DNA from: a virus
Lineage: Duplodnaviria; Caudoviricetes
Length of the DNA: 61,997 bases
Direction: 5' to 3' (one strand)
IMG/VR virus record: IMGVR_UViG_3300027848_000021
Span: 1 to 61,997 of that record
Shown: in pieces, positions 19,451-28,749 of the stretch
Layout of the letters: each line of letters starts with the position of its first letter
Numbering within the stretch: position 1 is the first letter of the stretch
Program-made: the position numbers and the translations under genes
The notes under the pieces: model-generated
Database searches by the model: none
What the model was told of the DNA's origin: nothing
The model's input: the letters and a program-made list of their open reading frames with translations, nothing else

Positions 19451-19645
19451 CTATTTCTGGGCCATCTTTCGCTCTTGCTCTTCGCGGTCGTTAGATATAA
19501 CTTTAGCACACGCCAGCCGTATGAACCAATCAGTATCGTCGACGTTTAGTAGCGCTATTGGGTCGGTGCCGAATAATTCGCCAAGACGGGCAGCAGTCTG
19601 TATTATGGGGTCTTCAGTTAACTGGCCGAAGACCCCTTCGTGGGG
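19451..19645 (-). CDS. Tail assembly chaperone T segment (reached by -1 frameshift)
   Basis: Open -1 frame with no usable start (EDPIIQTAARLGELFGTDP...QK*) overlapping the end of the chaperone gene. Confidence 0.7.
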   Translation of the reverse strand, partial: PHEGVFGQLTEDPIIQTAARLGELFGTDPIALLNVDDTDWFIRLACAKVISNDREEQERKMAQK

Positions 19646-20163
19646 TCATCTACGTCAACAGTATCTGAATATCCAGCTCTGTCAAGAATTGCCAAAGCCG
19701 CAGATTCGACGTGTGGGTCAATACCAAAGAAGGCGCGTACACAGTCGGGGATTGGTCGTGTCGTGTCGGTCATTTGCAGCACCGATGAAGACGCGAATGT
19801 TAGTTCGTTCCCGTCCTCGTCAAACACCTCTATGCCGTCCATAAGAATGCCCTGCGTGGTATGTCCAATCACCATGCAGGCAAACTTTGTGGCGTCAAGT
19901 CCATTCCTGGATTCCTCGCCGGCCTGTTTGCGCCAGTTTCGCATTTGATTCTGGGTAATGTTAGGGCTGACCTTGACGGTCACACCAGGGCGTTCTGGTA
20001 CTTCAAGGAAAACGGCCGGGCGTTCAACCTTTTTCGAGATTGTCGCTCGTAGTCGTTCTAGGGTTGTCTCTTCTTTGCCAGAACTGGCAGCTTTTGTCAC
20101 TTTTGACTTTGCTGTCTGAGTGGATGTGTCGTCTGCCGAATATAGTGCGTCGTCTGTTGTCAT
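19618..20163 (-). CDS. Tail assembly chaperone G
   Basis: Between tube and tape measure; ATG 7 nt after a TGnTAnnnT box, so probably leaderless. Confidence 0.7.
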   Translation of the reverse strand: MTTDDALYSADDTSTQTAKSKVTKAASSGKEETTLERLRATISKKVERPAVFLEVPERPGVTVKVSPNITQNQMRNWRKQAGEESRNGLDATKFACMVIGHTTQGILMDGIEVFDEDGNELTFASSSVLQMTDTTRPIPDCVRAFFGIDPHVESAALAILDRAGYSDTVDVDDPTKGSSAS

Positions 20164-20170
20164 GAGGCTC

Positions 20171-20204
20171 AAACTAGCACATCAAAACTTTCCCTGGCGC
20201 AACT
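20171..20204 (-). promoter_or_regulatory. Promoter: AGTTGCGCCAGGGAA element + TGCTAGTTT extended -10
   Basis: Same element precedes the sheath and capsid genes. Confidence 0.55.
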
Positions 20205-20236
20205 ACTAATCGGTGTTAATAGATACCACTAAAAGA

Positions 20237-20722
20237 TTAAGTTGTGGTTGCTCCGGATTGTACATCGCCGATAGCGAATGTTAGCGAGAATGTCGCCGGT
20301 GCACCAGAAGATGAATCGCCATCTGGCTCCGTGATTCCGACCAAAAGGGCCCCATAGTAAACTCTGTCGGTACCTGGTTCTTTTAGGTCGCAGTCATAAA
20401 TCGCTACTGTAATGTCATACGTAGCACGACCAACAAGTGGGCGGAGTTTTGCAATCTTCTCCATGATTCCCGTGTTCAGGTCGCTCTGGCGGTCATCGTT
20501 GTCGTAGTGACCAGTGACCGTTATGTCGCCGATTTCAGCTGGAGCACACAGAACTGTCGGACGGAGTGACCTGCCTTCGTAGATTTTTTCTACGGAAGCC
20601 GTAATTTCGCCGCCAGATACCTGTGGGAAATAATAGCCGGTCCACTTTGGGCTTGTCGAACCAGTAACCGGTGCGATAGTCGCGAGAACTTGTCTCTGAG
20701 CTGTTTTTGTATATGCTGGCAT
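20237..20722 (-). CDS. Tail tube protein
   Basis: 161 aa directly after the sheath gene; GGAGG RBS. Confidence 0.75.
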   Translation of the reverse strand: MPAYTKTAQRQVLATIAPVTGSTSPKWTGYYFPQVSGGEITASVEKIYEGRSLRPTVLCAPAEIGDITVTGHYDNDDRQSDLNTGIMEKIAKLRPLVGRATYDITVAIYDCDLKEPGTDRVYYGALLVGITEPDGDSSSGAPATFSLTFAIGDVQSGATTT

Positions 20723-20736
20723 GTTTTATTCCTCCG

Positions 20737-22212
20737 TTATACGACGGATGTCGTAAGGTTGGATTTGACGATTTCTACATCGATTTTGTCGCCAATGCTA
20801 CTGACGCGCATACCGACCTTGGCCTTGACCGTTCCGCCAGCCAGCTGTGAGTTCGGATTCAACGCAGCATCACATCTAACCGTGAAACCGTTGTCTACTT
20901 TTGAACCGTCAGCCGCAAAGAGCTGGAATAGAGCGCCAGCGTCGCGTAGCGGAGCCAGGATTGCGATTAACCGAGCCGATATGGCGCTGAAAATCGTATT
21001 ACGTCCATCGAGCGGGCTGAACACCAAGTCCTCAAGGGATACAGCGGCAGCCAGTACAACCTGGTTGACGACGTCCTGTGCGGTGTAGTAACGGAAGTTG
21101 GATGTGTCTGCCGAGCATGAACGGGCACCATAAATACGAATCGTATTTTGGATGATTCTAATTGCGTTGACGGAGCCGTCATCAAGTATGTCGCCATTTG
21201 CGCGACCGATGTCTTCGACTACGCCGGTAACAAATCTGGCAACCGAAACGAGACCGGCGGCCGGCAAATGTGCACCAGTCTGATTGATGGCCACTGCTCG
21301 TTTTGCGGCTACATATCCGTCTGGCGGAATAACCCGTGAGACGCCGTCAACGGTCGTTGGTACTTCAATCCATGGATAGAACATCGCTGCGTGCTCGGCG
21401 TTGGCGACTGCCTGTACGGCGAGAGCGGATGCCAGTATCGCGGACTGTGATGCCGCCTGCACGCCGTGCAAAATGGCTATTCTACTGAAGTCATTGGCGT
21501 GCTGAACAAGTGCCGCTATCATCGCTGCGGACTCTAGTTCCGGACACGCCACAGCGCCGGAACCGAGGCTGTCGAGGAAAACCGTTAGACCGGTTAGCAA
21601 GGCGGCAGGGATGCCGGCGGCGTCTTCATCTGCCGCGACCGTCCCTATCAGCACCGCGTACAGGGCTGTGGCGGCGAGGACGATAGGTCTTGTCCCGTCG
21701 TCGAGAACTACGCTAGCGATTACTAGCTTGGAGGCGATAGCGCTTGAATTGATTCGGCCAACGGCCTGAGTGACGGTAGTGACCGACCCTGTCGTATAAA
21801 CGAGTACGGCATTGTTAAGGATGTTGACTATGAACGTGCCTGCCGCCGGATGAGTCACGCTTACGGTGATGTCGCTCGCGAAAACGCCAGGACCATTGGC
21901 CGTGACTCTCATTACTTCAACTGCCGCATTCATGAGTGCGTGTTTCCCTGTTGTCGCACTCGCTCCGACAACACGACCGATGTAACACTGCGTGCCACCC
22001 TCTTCGAAGAATGTTTCAACAGTTGGGTGCAGATTGGCGCCTGATTTGAAGCCGCCGAATCGTGCAACGAAATCGGCCAAGCTTGTTACAAGTACGGCCG
22101 CATTTGATGGGCCCATCGAGGCTGAACCGAGGAAGAACGCCTGCGAATTTTGCCGCGTCGTCGCCGCAGACGGGCCTGTTCTTACCGCTGTTGTTATTGA
22201 TAATCCGGGCAT
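20737..22212 (-). CDS. Contractile tail sheath protein
   Basis: FFEEGGTQCYIGRV, YPWI, PPDGYVAA, VNAIR, IYGARS. Confidence 0.92.
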   Translation of the reverse strand: MPGLSITTAVRTGPSAATTRQNSQAFFLGSASMGPSNAAVLVTSLADFVARFGGFKSGANLHPTVETFFEEGGTQCYIGRVVGASATTGKHALMNAAVEVMRVTANGPGVFASDITVSVTHPAAGTFIVNILNNAVLVYTTGSVTTVTQAVGRINSSAIASKLVIASVVLDDGTRPIVLAATALYAVLIGTVAADEDAAGIPAALLTGLTVFLDSLGSGAVACPELESAAMIAALVQHANDFSRIAILHGVQAASQSAILASALAVQAVANAEHAAMFYPWIEVPTTVDGVSRVIPPDGYVAAKRAVAINQTGAHLPAAGLVSVARFVTGVVEDIGRANGDILDDGSVNAIRIIQNTIRIYGARSCSADTSNFRYYTAQDVVNQVVLAAAVSLEDLVFSPLDGRNTIFSAISARLIAILAPLRDAGALFQLFAADGSKVDNGFTVRCDAALNPNSQLAGGTVKAKVGMRVSSIGDKIDVEIVKSNLTTSVV

Positions 22213-22266
22213 TGGAAACTCCTGTTGCTTGTTTTTCGGGGGATTCTTTCCCGTCTGACTACGTCT

Positions 22267-22301
22267 ATTGTACTGATGTTAGACACTTCCCTAGTGCAAC
22301 T
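22267..22301 (-). promoter_or_regulatory. Promoter: AGTTGCACTAGGGAA element + TACAAT
   Basis: Intergenic, upstream of the sheath gene; shared motif. Confidence 0.55.
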
Positions 22302-22340
22302 GTTAGAAAAAATTGCCGTCAAGAGATTTATCACTATATA

Positions 22341-22955
22341 TTACGGAGCGGTCAGTGTTGGCAGTGCCTCGTCGGCGCCGGATGTTTGTATTGTCAAAAT
22401 TGTCTCAGCCAATGTTCCGATAATCTCACGCATGACAACCTCGTCCATGCTCAGGGTGTACGAGACGTATGCGCCGCTTAGGTACCGGTCCCCCTTTACA
22501 AGGGTCAGGTCGGAGAATTCCTCTCGCATGCCTGATTCGTCAATCACCAGCCTGAACGATTCACGGCTATTTTCGTCATATGCCCTTAGGCATGGGTAGT
22601 CGAGTAGCGCCGAACGGACCACAGTCGTCAGTCTGTCTCTCATGATTGTAGTCTCTTCCGCGCCGTCGGCTTTGGCCCATATATAGGTCCGCATGGAGTA
22701 TTCGACCCTATAAAGGGGATTGCTCATGTCGTAGCCGATTCTTTCAAGTTTATTCGTTGAAACAACGATAGTTATAATTGTCGGCCAATGGTCGAGTACC
22801 AGCGGCTCGTATACTACGAATTTTGTAGGAGTGGGCAAAATGGCGTCATCCACTTCCCAGCCGTTCCTGTAAGAAACGAGCCTCGTGGGTAGGTCGTTCT
22901 TCAGGTAATCGTTTACGTACGCTTTTGCAAATTGCGCGCCATTCATCAGTTCCAT
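22341..22955 (-). CDS. Probable tail terminator/completion protein
   Basis: Position before the sheath gene; TGATG-coupled start. Confidence 0.55.
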   Translation of the reverse strand: MELMNGAQFAKAYVNDYLKNDLPTRLVSYRNGWEVDDAILPTPTKFVVYEPLVLDHWPTIITIVVSTNKLERIGYDMSNPLYRVEYSMRTYIWAKADGAEETTIMRDRLTTVVRSALLDYPCLRAYDENSRESFRLVIDESGMREEFSDLTLVKGDRYLSGAYVSYTLSMDEVVMREIIGTLAETILTIQTSGADEALPTLTAP

Positions 22956-23425
22956 CAGATAGCTCCGTGGACTATGTACTTTTTGCATTTCTCAGCCAGG
23001 TCGCGCTCGAATCCGGCTGGCGTAAAAACTATTTGACGCTTCGGCATATTAATCGTGCCGTATTGGTGAAATTTTGCGTACTTAACGTCGGTGCCGTAAG
23101 TCGCTCGTTGTTTTTCAATGACATTTGCCCCCGACGAGTTTAGGTCCACCAGACTCCTGAACAGAGTTCCCGTATTAATCATTGCCGGTGCGCCGGGGTA
23201 GTGAACAACTTTCCATGCGTGCGTTCTTGGGGACAGTGGCCTCCAGCCGCCGGAGGGCAGACCATTGGCCGTGAAATTCTCAGCGTTTGCTAATTGTAGA
23301 CGTTCTTTCGCATATAGGAACAGCGGCCGAAAATCTTCCATCCGGTCCCTGACGTCATCTAGCTTATCAATGACGTCGTCGATATCTATTTTAACGCGGA
23401 CCCTAACCCCGCCCCCGGCGCTCAC
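22955..23425 (-). CDS. Virion morphogenesis / tail completion protein (Mu gpG-like)
   Basis: WRPLS, TGTLFRSL, GTDVKYAKFHQYGT, MPKRQ. Confidence 0.85.
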   Translation of the reverse strand: MSAGGGVRVRVKIDIDDVIDKLDDVRDRMEDFRPLFLYAKERLQLANAENFTANGLPSGGWRPLSPRTHAWKVVHYPGAPAMINTGTLFRSLVDLNSSGANVIEKQRATYGTDVKYAKFHQYGTINMPKRQIVFTPAGFERDLAEKCKKYIVHGAI

Positions 23426-24063
23426 TAGATTCTCACCCGCCTATACCTTCTTACTGCCGATAATTCTTTTTCCATAAAACCCGTTTCAAGTGGCGCCACT
23501 TCTCTCGTTGTCAAGTCCTTTAGGCCGACCACGTCGTCGTGCATATTCTGCATTTCCCTGGTCGCCGCGCGCAAAATCATTAATTTGAACATTGGAATTC
23601 CGCCACCGATTAAGCCTGCCGTGTACGTGATAGTAACTACGTCGCGAGCGTAACCATAAAAATAATCGATACCGTATGACAGCTGCTGGTAATCCACCTC
23701 ATTCACGAGGGTCCGAATCGGGCCATTGATTGGTTTCACGGTGACCCCCTCTATCGAGATGACCGGAGTGTTATTGAGATATATCGTTTGCGGAGGCGTT
23801 GACCATGAGACCGCACCCACTGGAGAGTTGTCGCTATTCTGGTAGTCCGTACTGCCAACCGACAAAAAGGAAGAAGTCGGCATGCCGGTGTACCCAGAAT
23901 CTATAGTGTGTGACTCCACGAACTCCGTAGATTCCAGCGGTCTTCTCAGGTAAGCCTCTAGTTCACTTTGAAGGCCAGCGATGACCATGTCCGCGGCGTC
24001 CTGTTGTCGTAGCGAAAACGTAACATCCATATAGCTAACTAGGTCGGCGCGTGTTACCAACAT
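23425..24063 (-). CDS. Head-tail adaptor
   Basis: LEAYLRRPL, PVISI, VTITYTAG, YRRVR. Confidence 0.75.
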   Translation of the reverse strand: MLVTRADLVSYMDVTFSLRQQDAADMVIAGLQSELEAYLRRPLESTEFVESHTIDSGYTGMPTSSFLSVGSTDYQNSDNSPVGAVSWSTPPQTIYLNNTPVISIEGVTVKPINGPIRTLVNEVDYQQLSYGIDYFYGYARDVVTITYTAGLIGGGIPMFKLMILRAATREMQNMHDDVVGLKDLTTREVAPLETGFMEKELSAVRRYRRVRI

Positions 24064-24066
24064 CGC

Positions 24067-24498
24067 TTACTTCTTTTTTCTTGTTCGTTTTGCCGGCGCG
24101 GCGGCCGCTTTCCGTGCCTTCGTCTTGGCTTTACGGGCTTTGGCGGCTTTATTCTTTTTAGTGACAGATGCCCTTTTCGCCTTCGCTGCCTTCTTATCAA
24201 AATTGAGCTTCTCTAACCCCTTCTGTTCACGCGTCTCCACCAAGCGACCCTTGGAGTCTCTGCCGAGTCTGCTTCTTGACTTTCTCGGGTCTCGGTCATT
24301 GCCGAAAAGCGCGAGCTGGCGGGCAACCTTTCTGTCTGAAAAGTTGTCTGATATTGATTTACGGATGCGCTTTAACTCGGCAGTTTTCCGTTGACTTAAA
24401 CTGCCAGCCTTCTTCATTTCTCGCTTTAGACCGCGCTCCTTGGTCAGCAATGAATCGGCCAATTCTGGCATCCCCGGCGAATATCTGACTGTGGGCAT
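24067..24498 (-). CDS. Highly basic protein, paralog 1
   Basis: K/R/A-rich tail; N-terminus similar to the next gene. Confidence 0.7.
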   Translation of the reverse strand: MPTVRYSPGMPELADSLLTKERGLKREMKKAGSLSQRKTAELKRIRKSISDNFSDRKVARQLALFGNDRDPRKSRSRLGRDSKGRLVETREQKGLEKLNFDKKAAKAKRASVTKKNKAAKARKAKTKARKAAAAPAKRTRKKK

Positions 24499-24525
24499 AA
24501 TGGTCCTTTATCTATTCAATGAAAA

Positions 24526-25035
24526 TTATTTAGCGGCTGATTTTCGTGCAGCATAGGCCTTGCGACGACGCAGGTTTTTTGCATCTACTTGACGCTTCTT
24601 TGCTGCCGCGGCAGCTTTTGAGCCAGCTTTGGGCTTGGCCTTGCTGCGTCCGGCTTTTAGTAGCTCTGCATTCGTCATACGGGCAATCTCTTCCCGTGTT
24701 CGGCCGGTTTTCAAAAGCCGCTTTGCTTCCAGTTCTGCGGCTCGCGCTCTGGAGCCCCCGATTAAATCTCTTCCCTTGAATCTAACGCCACCAATCTTTT
24801 TTGACTTTCTTGTGTCGGAATATCCTTTTCTTCGGACGGATTCCCGTGCGTATTCCCTTAGATTCGCCCTGTTTCCAAATCCGGCCTTTATTGCCGCATC
24901 TATATCCTTCAGACGTCCTGTATCGGTGCGGTTTAATTTTCCGAGTTTTTTACGCTGTTTTACCAAGCGCTGCTGTTGGCGCAGCAAGTTATCCGCATCA
25001 TCAGTTATATCTGGCCCGTATCTGAGCTGTGGCAT
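24526..25035 (-). CDS. Highly basic protein, paralog 2
   Basis: GGAG RBS; TGGTACTAT box at 25065-25073. Confidence 0.7.
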   Translation of the reverse strand: MPQLRYGPDITDDADNLLRQQQRLVKQRKKLGKLNRTDTGRLKDIDAAIKAGFGNRANLREYARESVRRKGYSDTRKSKKIGGVRFKGRDLIGGSRARAAELEAKRLLKTGRTREEIARMTNAELLKAGRSKAKPKAGSKAAAAAKKRQVDAKNLRRRKAYAARKSAAK

Positions 25036-25074
25036 GGTGTATCTCCGGCGTCGTCGCTAGATAAATAGTACCAC

Positions 25075-25638
25075 TTAACGGTCCGCGTTCGGCGGCCGTT
25101 CTATCACCAAACCTCTATCTATCGTCCCGGGCGGCGCCTCGATGGGCACCCACGCGCGAGAGTAATTGTGCTGGTCTAGCTTCTTAATCTTAAACAAACT
25201 GCCCTCAATCATCAGTTCTAATTCGTCAATCTTCATGCACAGCAGGGAGTTAAAGTCGTCTCTCCCGTAGCGTCTCGACCTGTGTAAATCCCTGATTATT
25301 CGCGACATAGGTTTAGCCACGACACTACCTCTCCCGCGATTTAACTGAAGGTGCATCATCATCGCCTCAAGGGAATCAACATCATGCCGTACTATCGGAA
25401 TGGTCGCTCCAACGACGGAGATTATCTGCTTTACCGTGGTCGCCAACTTATACCGCTCAGAGCCGTCAATTATCTCGCCCGTGCTACTGCGAACATGGAT
25501 GGGCTCGATGAACCCATACAGAGTGAGTGACGATGACAGAACCAGCAAATCCGGGCGAAGAATGTGTGTTGCTTTCCACTCCGGAACCTTAAGCTCCGTG
25601 AAGTTCACATACTCTATTTCGAGTTTACTACTTATCAT
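25075..25638 (-). CDS. ParB/Srx-like protein (IbrB-like)
   Basis: YGFIEPIHV, IIDGSER, LNRGRG, YSRAWVP. Confidence 0.75.
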   Translation of the reverse strand: MISSKLEIEYVNFTELKVPEWKATHILRPDLLVLSSSLTLYGFIEPIHVRSSTGEIIDGSERYKLATTVKQIISVVGATIPIVRHDVDSLEAMMMHLQLNRGRGSVVAKPMSRIIRDLHRSRRYGRDDFNSLLCMKIDELELMIEGSLFKIKKLDQHNYSRAWVPIEAPPGTIDRGLVIERPPNADR

Positions 25639-26761
25639 CTTTGGCCTCCGTTAATGCCCGAATCGTGTGTGCCCTCGTTTTAGGTCCGATGGGTGTCGGG
25701 GAATTCACATCTATTTCATTCAACACCAAACACCTAATCAACCAAGGTAGCGGGTAGGCGTGCGGGTCGGACGCGTACTTCTGACGAAACTTCGCAACGA
25801 AAACCCTCGCGTCACTTTGGCGTCTTTCCCCGACAAGGTAGTCGTCGATGAATGACGAGGCACCATCAAAACCAAACGCTGCATATTTCGCTATCAACTT
25901 CTCAACATCGAATTCCGGCCACCAACGACGCTGTGCATCGATTTGGGGAAAACAATGAACGAGTCTGTCGTAGAATTCCGGCTCCGTCGCTATCACATCA
26001 CCAATCCGACGAATAGCAACACTATGCAACGGAATTCCAACACGGGTATTGGAGCCGGTCTGGACTGCGAGGTCATAATATTCGCAGTAATTAGCTTTGC
26101 ATTCTTCAATGACATATTTAAAAACGTCTGGAGTGTTAAAATCGTAAATTATTTTACCAAACTTCAAAGGCACACCGCGCTTCAGTCTGTACGGGGTGGC
26201 GATGTAGGGCTCAACTAATTTCTGAGAAATCGAACGGAACCTCACCATACTTTCGGATGCCCTGACCCCAGTTAGAAAGCACACGCTCCCCCTTTTCCCC
26301 TGCATCACGTAATGGTCGACGGGTTCTGGTAGAGACTTGGTGTAATCTAAACCAAAATGCTCAGCCCTTATCGCCCACGGCGGAATCTCTCGCACCAGAC
26401 GTCCCTCTTGGCGACGAAGCTCGGACCAGAGGAGGGTAGTTTGTCGCTTGCCAAGCACCCAAATTTCCGCGGGGTATGGGAGGCAGTACCATTGCATGTC
26501 GACCCAATCATAATTTCTAACTTTTTCAAGGTGTTCAAGAACTGTCGGGGACAACATTTCCTCGTCCCTCAGAAAAACTTTTACCGGCCCGAGACCGCGT
26601 TCTTCATGAACTTCTTTAGCAAGATACAATACGGCAGTCGAGTCCTTTCCTCCACTGTAGGCCACATGGACCGAATCAAAAGTGTCGTAAATGTGGCGGA
26701 TTCTTTTTCTGGCAGCGTCTACGCAGGATAAATTGGGAAGGAAAAGCCGCTGTCTCGTCAT
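25628..26761 (-). CDS. PAPS-reductase-family PP-loop protein (IbrA-like)
   Basis: AYSGGKDS, DEE, TGVRASESxxR, IYDF. Confidence 0.85.
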   Translation of the reverse strand: MTRQRLFLPNLSCVDAARKRIRHIYDTFDSVHVAYSGGKDSTAVLYLAKEVHEERGLGPVKVFLRDEEMLSPTVLEHLEKVRNYDWVDMQWYCLPYPAEIWVLGKRQTTLLWSELRRQEGRLVREIPPWAIRAEHFGLDYTKSLPEPVDHYVMQGKRGSVCFLTGVRASESMVRFRSISQKLVEPYIATPYRLKRGVPLKFGKIIYDFNTPDVFKYVIEECKANYCEYYDLAVQTGSNTRVGIPLHSVAIRRIGDVIATEPEFYDRLVHCFPQIDAQRRWWPEFDVEKLIAKYAAFGFDGASSFIDDYLVGERRQSDARVFVAKFRQKYASDPHAYPLPWLIRCLVLNEIDVNSPTPIGPKTRAHTIRALTEAKDDK

Positions 26762-26770
26762 CTGGTCAGT

Positions 26771-27427
26771 CTACAATATTTTGTTGTTCTTGCTAAGGTT
26801 GTCAAAAGCCCAAAGCGGTTGCAGGTTTGTATAGTGACAAGCAATTGCGAGCTGCGCTGGGTCTTCTAAATCGAATGAAGCCAGCGGCAGAACGTGGTCA
26901 ATGTGCCAGAGACCATGATTTGCCCAAGTTTGCCCCTTTGTAAATAGGCCTTCAAAATAAACTAGCAGTTCGTCAATCGTGCACCCTAATAATTTTACGG
27001 CAGAACCTTTCCTGCTTTTGTTTTTGATTGCGCTGCGAAGGCGGTTCCGCAACAGCGTCTTTAGCTTGAATGAGGGGTCTCTGGCGTATCGGTGGCGGTT
27101 ATATCCAATTGCTTTAGCCTTTGCTCCTGGAAGCGCCCGATTTTTTGCTGACCTATCTCTTAATAGCGCTCGATTAGCAGCGCGATGTTTTGCTGATTTT
27201 TTCTTCAAGAGCGTAGTATTTTTGGCCCTATATTCACAATCATATTTTGTTTGTTTAGCCTTTGCTCCTGGAAGCGCCCGACTCCTTGCCGCCCTAGCTC
27301 TAAATAATACCGGATTGGCGGCGTATAGTTCGCGCTTATGCTTGGCGTCCGCAGCTTTGTACTCGGGTCGCGCGCGACGTTTACGGTCGTACTTCCGCTT
27401 CTTTTCCTTCCTCTCCTCGTCAGTCAT
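26771..27427 (-). CDS. HNH homing endonuclease
   Basis: LLGC, WHIDHVLP, HYTNLQPLWAFDNLSK; internal RALPGAKAK duplication; start moved to ATG 27427. Confidence 0.85.
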   Translation of the reverse strand: MTDEERKEKKRKYDRKRRARPEYKAADAKHKRELYAANPVLFRARAARSRALPGAKAKQTKYDCEYRAKNTTLLKKKSAKHRAANRALLRDRSAKNRALPGAKAKAIGYNRHRYARDPSFKLKTLLRNRLRSAIKNKSRKGSAVKLLGCTIDELLVYFEGLFTKGQTWANHGLWHIDHVLPLASFDLEDPAQLAIACHYTNLQPLWAFDNLSKNNKIL

Positions 27428-27581
27428 ATCTGCTTCTACCCTCGGCTTTCCATTTATGATAGAAGTCGCGCATTCGGGCATTGATGGCTTTTTTGCATTT
27501 GTCGCATGTTGGTTCGCCGCGTCGTTGGTGCCTACGAGCTGCTGAATACGTCCCACAGGGCTTTAGTGTTGATTTCTTCAT
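27420..27581 (-). CDS. 53-aa putative Zn-binding protein (not in ORF track)
   Basis: MKKSTLKPCGTYSAARRHQRRGEPTCDKC; ATG 6 nt after TGGTAAGAT (27588-27596). Confidence 0.7.
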   Translation of the reverse strand: MKKSTLKPCGTYSAARRHQRRGEPTCDKCKKAINARMRDFYHKWKAEGRSRYD

Positions 27582-27619
27582 ATCTATATCTTACCACACG
27601 CGCTAGTCGGGGATAGTAA

Positions 27620-28417
27620 CTAAACTTCAGTGTGCTCCCCGATGAAGTTAACTAATCTCTCTGCCGTGGTGTTGCCGTCAATTGATGGATTAGCGCGAAG
27701 CCATCTTACAAAAGAATACCAACGAGCCTGCTGAAGAACGTCGTCAAATACGATGGTGTATTGAACGGCGGCTCTTGGTGCTGCGCCGGGTATAGCGACT
27801 GTTGAGCCGCGTATTGCGATGTCATTTTGGTCTGCGTCGCTCGGTGCTCTTAGATAATTTTCGCCGTCTTCGTTTCGGCCGACCAGTCTCGCCAATTGTC
27901 CCTCTAGTTCGCTTACGTTAAGCGCGCCATCCACCATTACCGGCGCAGTAAATCCCTTTTCGGAAACAGAAGTAATGGAGTCATTAATCAACTCGGTATT
28001 TTGGTAGGACGCGATTTCAAATTCGTCCCACCCCAAATCATCGAACAGCTCCGGGTATATTTCATTAACATCCAGAATCATGGTCATCAGAAAGTCGGGG
28101 TCCGTGTACCCAAGTTCGCTTGTTCGGTTATCTGCCAGCGCAAAAGCCACTGAACGTTTCACGTCGCCATCCAGATACAGCACGGCGATTTTATCCCAAC
28201 CTAATTCCCTGGCGGCTTCGAGTTGGTGGTTCCCGGCTATGACGGTCGATGTCCCGTCCTCGTTGTGTCGGGCGACTATTGGTTTTAGTTGTCCGAATTC
28301 TCTGTACGACGCTACGATTGCATCGATATTCCCGACGTGTGGATTGTTCTCCAGCGGCGTGAGGGTGTTTATGTCAGTGGCCAAAGCCTTGAGCGACTTG
28401 TGAATTTTGTTTGTCAT
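27620..28417 (-). CDS. ParB/Srx N-terminal domain protein
   Basis: NPHVG, FGQLKPIV, IAGNH, ALADNR. Confidence 0.85.
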   Translation of the reverse strand: MTNKIHKSLKALATDINTLTPLENNPHVGNIDAIVASYREFGQLKPIVARHNEDGTSTVIAGNHQLEAARELGWDKIAVLYLDGDVKRSVAFALADNRTSELGYTDPDFLMTMILDVNEIYPELFDDLGWDEFEIASYQNTELINDSITSVSEKGFTAPVMVDGALNVSELEGQLARLVGRNEDGENYLRAPSDADQNDIAIRGSTVAIPGAAPRAAVQYTIVFDDVLQQARWYSFVRWLRANPSIDGNTTAERLVNFIGEHTEV

Positions 28418-28749
28418 ACCTGCACCCGAACATTCGCATTCAAAGTTCTCATCGCGTCCATGGATGCGCGTATGGAAAGTAGTGCTTCGCGCTTCGCCTT
28501 CATCATGGCCTCAGCGACCTTGAATTCAAAGTGTGGTGCGTCCATCTTGTAATCGGCCCACGCCTCTCTTTCTTTGATGGACCCCTTTGCCGAGAGATAT
28601 TCTTTAGCCCAGTGATTTTTATAAAGAGATTCTTTTTTGGCGGCGTCAACAGCCAGGTTCTCAAACATCTCTGTTTCTGCTTCAAGTCTGTCCACAAAAC
28701 GAAGCAATTCCTGCTCGATTTCAACTTGACTGATTGGCGCACTTCTCAC
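28414..28749 (-). CDS. Helical hypothetical protein
   Basis: Coupled overlaps; GGAG RBS. Confidence 0.6.
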   Translation of the reverse strand: MRSAPISQVEIEQELLRFVDRLEAETEMFENLAVDAAKKESLYKNHWAKEYLSAKGSIKEREAWADYKMDAPHFEFKVAEAMMKAKREALLSIRASMDAMRTLNANVRVQV

